Shown: positions 55,201 through 64,000 of the stretch, in pieces
How positions within the stretch are numbered: the first letter of the stretch is position 1
Layout of the letters: each line of letters opens with the position of its first letter
Assembly: GCF_964188315.1 (NCBI RefSeq)
Contig: NC_135667.1
Span: 9,424,001 to 9,488,000, forward strand
From: Podarcis muralis
Lineage: Eukaryota
Direction of reading: 5' to 3'
DNA: 64,000 nucleotides
The notes under the pieces: model-generated
Seen by the model: only the letters and a program-made list of their open reading frames with translations
Databases searched by the model: none
What the model was told of the DNA's origin: nothing
Made by a program: the position numbers and the translations under genes

Positions 55201-57580
55201 TTACGTTTACCTTAGATCGGACCAAAATCCCATCTCACCCAGAACCCTATGCTCACTGTAATGTACACAATCCCTTTGTGAATCTTATTTCAAACATGAA
55301 TCTTTGTCTATACATACAAAACATAATAGAAACAACTAATGGTAAGTGTGCTAAATCTCCCTTTGCCTCAATCCACTGCCTAGGGAATGTGACTCAAGTC
55401 AACTAACGGAAGGTCCAGCTGTGGTGAAAAGTGGTGGTATTCCATGTTTGTCCCAATTAGAGAATTTGAGTCTGAAATGCCTCTGGGCATTTTCTAACTA
55501 GTTCTACAGAGCAACTGGTTGGAAAGGCAGTCCTATCACAATAGTTAACAAACAAGGTCCCTAACTGGACCTGCCAAAGCTTCCTGTAATTCTCTTTGTT
55601 CCATGTTTAACTTAAAAGGTGTACTCTCAGCTGGGTAATGAACAGGTGGTGAGTCTAAAATATGAGTCTAAAATTTCCACAACCATGTTACACCTTCTCT
55701 TACTTGTTTTCCCTCCCAATTAGCTCCACCAGTTTCTCAGAGACATTTCATTTAACAACTCAGCAAATGAAGCTGTGTCCTTTAATAATAAAAGGGAAAT
55801 GAGAGGTGGGTTTGATATAACGAACCTGGTCCTATTCCCCAACAACTCCTTCCAGAAAGTGAGAGTTGGAAAGGTGGATCCTAATGATCTAGAAGAAAGC
55901 AAATTCACCATTAATGAGCATATGATTGTGTGGCACAGTCATTTTAATCAGGTATGGATTCTGCTGTTTTCTTGAGGGATATCCTTTGGGATGTTAATGC
56001 ATCAGGACTCAGGTCTTAGCCCCGCTCTTTCGAGGCAGAAATCTGCACTTCAGTGCTCTGTGTCCAAGCTGTCGTCTCCCCACAACCACAACTTTCCCTG
56101 TGAAAATCCACTCTTTAAATCTGAATCATTTGCTTCCATTCAGCCTTAAAGAACTGGTTTTCATGAGGGAGCACTATGATGCAGAGCCCTAAAGCACAGG
56201 ACATTTCTTGAAAGCATGGAGGAAATGCAAATGTGGATAAGCTGTTTTATTGTGTTTTTATAAATAGTAAAATTATTTTTAAATTAAACCTAAGATGGTT
56301 TTCTGGTGAATCATCAAGTTCTGGAAAGCATTCAGTGCTGATGATAAAGGAATACTATTTGTTCATGAGCTACCAGGCATGCTACTGGGCTAGACAAGCT
56401 TTTTCTTTCTTTCAATGCCACTCAGCATAAACATTTTCATGTCTATGGATAGGTGTTTCCTCTTTCCATGTGTAATGATTACTGCCAGCCTGGTCACCAG
56501 AAGAAAAAAAAGGAAGGAGAGAAGTTTTGCTGCTATGATTGCGCCCCATGCCCAGATGGGAAGATTTCAAACCAGACTGGTATATCAAGTCATTTTGCCA
56601 TTATATAATTAGCTGTAGTCAATGAATATACATTGAAGTCGGATCTCTCTCTCTCTCTCCCACACCCCTTGTTCTATTTTTCAGATATGGATGACTGCTT
56701 CAGATGCCCAGAAGATCAATATCCAAACAAGAATAAAAATGGCTGCATCCCCAAAGTCAAAACCTTTCTCTCATATGAAGAACCCATAGGGATCGCTTTA
56801 GCCTCACTTGCAATTTCTTTTTCTCTGATCACGGCCTTGATTCTAGGAACTTTCATTGAGCACAGAGAAACCCCCATAGTCAAAGCCAACAACCGGGAAC
56901 TTACCTACACTCTCCTCATCTCCCTCCTGCTCTGCTTCCTCTCTTCTTTGTTATTCATTGGCCAGCCTGGGAAAACGATCTGCCTTCTCCGGCAACCAAC
57001 ATTTGGCATTATCTTCTCAGTGGTTGTTTCATGCGTTCTGGCAAAAACTACCATTGTTTCTCTAGCATTTATGGCTTCAAAGCCTGGCTCTAGAATGAAG
57101 AAATGGCTGGGGAGAAGACTGGCTTTTTCCATTGTCCTTTCCTGCTCCCTTATTCCAGTAGGCATTTGTGCTGTGTGGTTATCAACCTTTCCGCCATTCC
57201 CCCATTTAGACATGTATTCAGTAACTGAAGAAATTATAGTGCAATGTAATGAAGGGCTTGTTGCCATGTTTTACTGTGTCCTGGGCTACTTAGGTCTTCT
57301 GGCCATTGCCAGCTTCATTGAGGCATTCCTTGCCCGCAAGTTACCCGATATTTTTAATGAAGCTAAATTCATAACATTCAGCATGTTGGCATTTTGCAGT
57401 GTGTGGGTCTCCTTTGTTCCAACCTACCTAAGCACAAGAGGGAAACACATGGTGGCTGTGGAGGTCTTCTCCATCTTGGCTTCCAGTGCTGGTGTACTGG
57501 CTTGTATCTTCCTCCCTAAATGCTACATCATCCTCTTGAAACCTGAACTGAACTGCAGGGAGCAGATAAGCAGAAAATAA
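52291..57580 (+). CDS. V2R gene F, intact, up to 893 aa
   Basis: Exons 52291-52571 (alternative in-frame ATGs 52312, 52357), 53312-53603, 53833-54690, 55724-55951, 56453-56579, 56685-57580. GT-AG; 2682 nt, in frame. Confidence 0.92.
54858..55212 (+). mobile_element. Sauria SINE (different subfamily from the 24485 and 62815 copies), intron 3 of F
   Basis: GGGACGCGGGTGGCACTGTGGGTTAAACC head; 13-bp TSD TAGATCCGACCAA/TAGATCGGACCAA; duplicated tail. Confidence 0.92.
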
Positions 57581-57624
57581 TAATGAATATCTGTACTTTA
57601 TGTGGGTTATATTGTTATGTAGAT

Positions 57625-58202
57625 TTTTGTTGTTTGTTGTTTAGTCGTTTAGTCGTGTCCGACTCTTCGTGACCCCATGGACCAGAGCACGCCAGGCACC
57701 TCTGTCCTCCACTACCTCCTGCAGTTTGGTCAAACTCATGCTGGTAACCTCGAAAACACTATCCAACCATCTCGTCCTCTGTCGCCCCCTTCTCCTTGTG
57801 CCCTCCATCTTTCCCAACATCAGGGTCTTCTCCAGGGAGTCTTCTCTTCTCATGAGGTGGCCAAAGTACTGGAGCCTCAGCTTCACGATCTGTCCTTCCA
57901 GTGAGCACTCAGGGCTGATTTCCTTAAGAATGGATGCGTTTGATCTTCTTGCAGTCCATGGGACTCTCAAGAGTCTTCTCCAGCACCATAATTCAAAAGC
58001 ATCAATTATTCCACGATCAGCCTTCTTTATGGTCCAGCTCTCACTTCCATACATCACTACTGGGAAAACCATGGCTTTAACTATATGGACCTTTGTTGGC
58101 AAGGTGACGTCTCTACTTCTCAAGATGCTGTCTAGGCCTGTCATTGCCCTTCTCCCAAGAAGCAGGCGTCTTTTAATTTCGTGGCTGCTGTCACCATCTG
58201 CA
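57625..58202 (-). mobile_element. Bov-B (RTE) LINE 3' fragment, 45 bp after the stop of gene F
   Basis: Open RT C-terminus ADGDSSHEIKRRLLLGR..VFPVVMYGSESWT..FELWCWRRLLRVPWTARRSN; 11-bp TSD GTTATGTAGAT (57614-57624, 58203-58213). Confidence 0.93.
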
Positions 58203-58384
58203 GTTATGTAGATAGTGTTCAGGAACACATTCTTTACTGTGACACTAATTGTAGGCATTCTGTTAAAACTTATATTAAATTCTCTTGCAATGCCCTCATT
58301 CACAGTATGACTTGTTGCAAACACAAACTAAACATGTGACAACAGTGAGATGCAGCAGCAACAAAAACCCGAATGCTTTTCTAA

Positions 58385-58944
58385 GCTGCATCAACAAATG
58401 TCTAGTGTCCAATTCAAGGAAGTAAAAGTACCACTCTATTCTTCGTTGGTCAGACCACACCTGGACACCTGTGTCCAGTTCTGGGTGTCACAATTTAAGA
58501 AGGATATTGACAAACTGGAGCATGTGTAGAGGAGGCAACTGGGACAACCAAGCGTCTAGAAACCAAGTCTTCTGAGGAATGGTTGAAAGAGCTGGGTATG
58601 TTTAGCCCAGAAAAGAGGAGGCTGAGAGGAGATATGATAGTCATCTTCAAATTTATATAGGGCTATCACATGGAAGATGGAGCAAGCTTGTTTTCTCCTG
58701 CTCCGGAAGGTAGGAATCGATACAATGGCTTCAGGTTACAAGAAAGGAGTTTCTGACTAAACATGCGGAAAAACCTTCTGACAGTGGAACATTCTCCCTT
58801 GGGAGGTTGTGGACTCTCCTTCCTTTGAGGACTTTAAGCGGAGTTTGGATGGCCGTCTGTGATGGATGCTTTAGCTGAGATTCCTGCATTTCATGGGGTT
58901 GGACAGGATCACTTGGGCGTCTTCCAACTCTAAGAATCTATGAT
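58385..58944 (+). mobile_element. CR1 LINE 3' fragment, degenerate
   Basis: [34 protein letters not shown]-like coding remnant ending in CCAACTCTAAGAATCTATGAT. Confidence 0.85.
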
Positions 58945-59264
58945 AAAAAAATAATGAAGATAACACCACTGTCTGTAGGAATGCTTTATTTATTAAACTA
59001 ACAGCAAATAAGAAAAAGTGTTCAGTTACGAAAAGACATTGCAAAAATGAGGGGTGACATTTATGTTGTTACATCATGTGAGGTAATGGCCAATATTTCC
59101 CTCAGTTTTGAAATATGTGCCTGATTAAGACAGACATATTTGTAATGTATTTTCTATGTGAAATGTGCACTCTCTTTTTTTTCTGGCATTCTGAACATAT
59201 GGTTTTGTTGTTATTTCAAATAAAACTAAAGGTGATATCTCAATAAACTCTGTCACTCAAAGTG

Positions 59265-60360
59265 TGTCTACCCCCATTGTTCAGCCCGGACACTGAGATC
59301 CAGCGCCAAGGGCCTTCTGGTGGTTCCTTCACCATGAGGTTACAGGGAACCAGGCAGAGGGCCTTTCTGGTGGTGGCACCTTCCCTGTGGAACGCCCTCC
59401 CATCAGATGTCAAGGAAATAAACAACTATCGTACTTTTAAAAGACATCTGAAGGCAGCCCTGTTTAGGGAAGTTTAATGCTGTATTTTGTTTTTAATATT
59501 TGATTGGGAGTCGCCCAGAGTGGCTGGGCAAACCCAGCCAGATGGACAGGTGTCAGAGCTGCCCCTGGTCCCAGCTCACAAAGGACCAACGCCAGTTCCT
59601 CTTTATATACAGAAGTCTTTATTGAAGTTCATTATTGGTTTGACAGCCGTGGCGCGCAGCCCTACGTCTGAAACCCTAGACCGTCGAAGCTCCGTCTCAG
59701 TCTCCTCCCCCCAGACACCAGTTTAAGACCCTAGCTTTGCTCCACCTCTTCCTCTGCTCCCTCTTCCTCTGGGTCCGCTTGCCCGCCGAGGTCTTGCCCT
59801 TCCTAGACTCTTCTGAGGCTGAATCCCCTGAGTCTTCCCCCTCCCTCCGGCGAGCTTTAGGACCTGGTTCCCAATCCGTGCTTTCTGCTGTCCCGCGCGC
59901 CTGTACATTTGAACTTGGCGCGCGCGCCCAGCCTGCCACCTTCCTTCTGACCGTTATACTGCTCCTGTCGCTGCTTCCCTCTTCGGGGATGCCAGCTGGG
60001 CTTGACTCCGCCTCCCTGCTTGCAGGAGGAGACGCTGACTCTGACCTATGGGGCTCTTCCCTCTCACTACGCTCTGGTGGGGAAGCTGGCCCTGATTTCC
60101 AGCTACTGCTTTGGGAGTCTCCGCTGGCCCCCTGCTTCTGGTGTGTCCCCCCTGGGACCCCCCTTGTCCTGGCCATCGGCGCCCCCTTCTGGGAATCTTC
60201 TGATTCACTGGAGAGGCTCATGGAATCTCTTGGGTCACTGTCATTCTGCCCTCCGCTGCCCTCAGATTCTTCCCCTTCGCTCTCCATTTCCTCTCTCCCC
60301 TGCGCCTCTGCTCCTGAGCCCCTGACAACAGGGTATAAATAAATCATGATGATGATGATG
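59265..60360 (+). mobile_element. L2 LINE 3' fragment split by a solo LTR
   Basis: [33 protein letters not shown], then 3' UTR ..CCAGATGGACAGG|insert|ACAGGGTATAAAT and an (ATG)n tail. Confidence 0.85.
59551..60327 (-). mobile_element. 777-bp solo LTR with a 196-codon ORF
   Basis: TGTCA..TGACA termini, perfect 5-bp TSD ACAGG (59546-59550, 60328-60332), minus-strand AATAAA at 59623-59618. Confidence 0.85.
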
Positions 60361-61489
60361 ATTTACTAGCCTACTTATGCTCAATAAATAAGCATTTGTT
60401 CTGCTTTCTTCCTCTGTTCTTTCTTAACTTTGATAAATCTCCGTTTTGAAAACATGCCTCCCTTCTTTGATTATTTAAAAACTTTTGAACATGTTTATTA
60501 CCTAATTTATTTTAAATCATTTATAGTTATAAGGGGGAAGGGGGGGGGAATGAGAACTGGCATATTAGGTCCTCCATCAGAAACATTAGCCATTGCCTTT
60601 CACCTCATGAAAGCCTAAAGTCTGCAGCAGGAAACTCCCCCCCCCCCTTTGGAGGTTCATATTAAATGGGTATGTGCATCTTTTTGTGTGTGTAATAGCA
60701 GTAACTGGACTTGCTGGAAGGGGCATGTGATAAAAGCTTTATGGTGGCAGCAACACAATTCCCTTAAAAGTACAGTTTTCCCAAATGCTATCTCATAAAC
60801 TTGCCCAAAGAAACCTAAGAATCATTCCAGAGGTTTGCTGAGAAATACCAGCTCTCCTTTAGAACTCTATCTTCTAATACGTCTGACGTAAAAATGTAAG
60901 GCTTAGTTCTACTTTTAAGGAAATGTGGTCTGCATTTCTTGATTACCACATATTTGGTTTCCCTAGTCAAGACAATGGTTTCATCATGAGATAGATCAGG
61001 ACACTGGACCAGATTGTTGTATTCCCAGCCGTTTGTAGGCCAAGTTTGGCAGGAGTGGGTGACTATCTACATGTCTTTCACTTATCATGGTAATGACATA
61101 ATTGGACCTTACAAGGCACTTCACAAAACCAGACAATCAGCTGAGTGCAAATCTGTCAAAATGCCTTCTTGGAGTACTTTGTAGAGGGCTGGGCAGGACT
61201 TGATAACTAGATGACTGTCAGGTCTTGGAAAAATCCTTGAAATGCATGGGTCAATGTAGCACTCGGCAAAGAGCTTTACATGGCCCTCTTGGAAAGTGTT
61301 ATACTAAGCTGTGTTTTGCAAGAGACTCAACAAGACCCAACAATCTTGCCTCACATCTGACACAATCTAAAAGATTATGTGTAGAACACATTGGGCACAG
61401 GTCAGCCATAATGGCCTCATGGACGAAATGAGGTGATATGGCATAGGACCCCAGTTTCTTCTTGGTGTTTGCTCACCACCCAAATCTGG

Positions 61490-62006
61490 TGTCAGGAGTC
61501 CCGGTTCCCGTCTTGATAACACAGCAAGCATAGTTAATTAAAAAGGAAGATTTATTGCAAAAACAGAGTTCGCCGGATAGCTGTAACAAGCCACCAGCCT
61601 CATCAATCAAGATGACCCTTCTGAAGAATGCTTCCTGCGAGACCAGAAGCAACTGAACTTTTGCTTCTGATGTTTCTAGTTTTGCTTCCTGTCTTGGAGC
61701 CCTCCCATTCGCCGAGACTTGAGAGGGTCAGCTCCCACCTCTTCCCCATTCTCTGAGAGGCTGTCTCTTAGCTCTTTCCCCCCTGATAAACTGCTTCCTT
61801 CTTTGTTTGCAGCATTTTGCACTTCTCAAGAGTGTTGGTAGGGTTCTGGCTCACTCTCAGTCATTCCCTTATCAACCAACATTCCAAGGGGTGGGGGAGT
61901 TGGCACTAGCAGATGCTCATCCTGCCTGGCAGTTACCCCTCTCTGTTCCAGGCTGCTTCCTTCAGCTGGTTGCAAACCTTCCTTGGGATCTGGCTCATTC
62001 ATGACA
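61490..62006 (-). mobile_element. 517-bp solo LTR in the upstream region of pseudogene G
   Basis: TGTCA..TGACA termini, TSD TCTGG/TCTCG; empty site ATATGGAACC at ~32075-32084. Confidence 0.8.
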
Positions 62007-62172
62007 TCTCGAACCAATACCCCATTTCTCTTTTCACGAGAGCTTCTGGGTTTACCTGTATACTGTGTTCTCTAGTCAAACCGATTACTTCACTATAAGT
62101 CCCCATTTCCTGTTAGAGTTTGAAATCTGGAATCAAGCTGCCATATCTCAATCCTTTAGGGAGCAGAAAAGC

Positions 62173-62807
62173 TTAGACATGCAGTCAGTAACTGAAGAAA
62201 TCATTGTACAATGTAATGAAGGATCCATTGCCATGTTTTATTGTGTCCTCAGGTACTTAGGCCTTTTGACCATTTCCAGCTTCATTATGGCATTCTTGAC
62301 CCACAAGTTACCAGACAGTTTTAATGAAGCCAAGTTCATCACCTTCAGCATGTGTGATTTTGCACCCTGTGTATCTCCTTTGTTCCAACCTACCTGAGCA
62401 CCCGAGGAAAATAGAAGAGAAGAAGCGTTTGGATTTGATATCCTGCTTTATCACTACCCTAAGGAATCTCAAAATGGCTAACAATCTCCTTTCTCTTCCT
62501 CCCCCACAACAAACACCCTGTGAGGTGAGTGAGACTGAGAGACTTCAGAGAAGTGTGACTAGTCCAAGGTCACCCAGCAGCTGCATGTGGAGGAGCAGGG
62601 AATCAAACCCGGTTCACCAGATTACGAGTCCACTGCTCTTAACCACTACACCACACTGGCTCTCTCACACTGGTGGCTGTAGAGATCTTTTCCATCTTGG
62701 CTTCCAGTTCTGGTTTGCTGGGTTGCATCTTTCCCCCTAAATGCTACATCATTGTGGTAAGGCCTGAACTAAACAGCAGGGAACAACTATTAAGAAGAAA
62801 GTATTAA
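62173..62807 (+). pseudogene. V2R pseudogene G: only the 3' half of exon 6, frameshifted and SINE-interrupted; most like gene D
   Basis: [34 protein letters not shown], then a frameshift. SINE at ~62414-62665, resuming at [44 protein letters not shown] (TAA 62805-62807). Confidence 0.9.
62414..62665 (-). mobile_element. Squam3-like tRNA SINE inserted in the exon 6 remnant of G
   Basis: Same family as 21217-21461; interrupts the STRGK|xMVAVE codons. Confidence 0.88.
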
Positions 62808-62814
62808 ATGATAT

Positions 62815-63175
62815 GGGACGCCGGTGGCGCTGTGGGTAAAACCTCAGCACCTAGGACTTGCCGATCGCATGGTCGGCGGTTCAAATCCCCGCGGCGGGGT
62901 GCACTCCCATTGCTCGGTCCCAGCGCCTGCCAACCTAGCAGTTCGAAAGCACCCCCGGGTGCAAGTAGATAAATAGGGACCGCTTACTAGCGGGAAGGTA
63001 AACGGCGTTTCTGTGTGTGGCTCTGGCTCACCAGAGTAGCTTCGTCACGCTGGCCACGTGACCCGGAAGTGTCTGCGGACAGCGCTGGCTCCCGGCCTAT
63101 AGAGTGAGATGAGCGCACAACCCTAGAGTCTGTCAAGACTGGCCCGTACGGGCAGGGGTACCTTTACCTTTACCT
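62815..63175 (+). mobile_element. Full-length Sauria SINE
   Basis: GGGACGCCGGTGGCGCTGTGG head, (ACCTTT)n tail; perfect 13-bp TSD TATTAAATGATAT (62802-62814, 63176-63188). Confidence 0.93.
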
Positions 63176-64000
63176 TATTAAATGATATAATACATTCTAT
63201 AATAATATTAGATGTATTAGGCATAGACTTTAGGAGCTTATGACTTACTAGAACATGGTGGTCCAATGTGTGGTGGTCCGCAAGTCTTTTTTTGGTGGCC
63301 CCAGGCAGGGTAGGGAACTTGACGTAGCTCCTGGGGTAGCGGCAGAAGTGTTGGGGATGAGGTCTGAGGGCTCTGACAGGGCTCCCACACTTCCTTCTCA
63401 AAGCCTAGCTCTAGGATTCTATCAGAGGCCTCACACATCCCTAAGGTGGGCTAAATTCCAATTAGAAGTCAGGAGATCCACCCCACCCTCTCTTTTTTTA
63501 AAGTTACTTTTGTTGCTGCATATAATATAATATGGGATAGCTGAGGAGCAATCTGGCCAAGAGAGGCCTCCTTATTGTGTTATAGAATAATCTGTGTGGA
63601 GCTTGATTACCCTCTAGTACACTTCAGACAACTTGAATAACTTCACCCAAATTACTTGATTCACTGACCTTCTAGGCTTATTGTTAGAGATATGGTGGAT
63701 ATGTGCAATAGATTAATAGTTTGTCACCTTTCGGTTATCCTTAAAGTGCAATTTGTGATGTTTGGTCTGCTCTGTGAGGCTATTAAAAACCACCACTGCA
63801 ACTTTTTTTTCTTTAAATAAGCTTCATTATATCTTGTGATAAATAGAGGATGGTGGTTTTCCTATGACAAAACAGAACCATATCCTCATTATTACCATGT
63901 TCTGCTCTGCTGAAGTTCATAGGCCATCTGCTTCCTGTCCATGCGGGAGATGGAAGAAGAAGAATCTCTGTATTATTTCTGGGTGAAAAGCTAAAAAGGC

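Noticed and set aside
57641-58324. 227-aa minus-strand ORF as a host gene
   Set aside because: C-terminal Bov-B RT fragment bounded by TSDs; the N-terminal part is read-through from flanking DNA.

Overview
Vertebrate genomic DNA, most likely a lacertid-type squamate lizard (inferred from Sauria-type and Squam3-like SINEs, Bov-B, L2, CR1, L1 and Penelope remnants). The window is a head-to-tail, all plus-strand cluster of vomeronasal type-2 receptor (V2R, class C GPCR) genes. Splice sites were read by hand and give the six-exon structure: exon 2 = 292 bp, exon 3 = 858-864 bp, exon 4 = 228 bp, exon 5 = 127 bp, exon 6 = 896-902 bp. Five genes are intact (my labels A, C, D, E, F). Gene B has a 73-bp frameshifting deletion and a GT>GC donor. 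Gene C has a second promoter plus first exon upstream. Paralogue G is collapsed to the 3' half of exon 6. The rest is nested transposable elements, many with readable target-site duplications (TSDs). Best leads: (1) a perfect 91-bp-arm palindrome carrying two minimal type-I hammerhead ribozyme cores (Penelope-derived); (2) a ~200-bp non-coding module with CAATTA/TAATTA and CTGAAAGT boxes upstream of all seven first exons; (3) two alternative first exons for gene C; (4) patchwork similarity between paralogues suggesting gene conversion; (5) decayed exon-2 duplicates inside introns; (6) solo-LTR-like elements largely filled by an acidic-then-basic ORF. All comparisons were made by eye, with no alignment or database search, and TE family names are recognition-level only.
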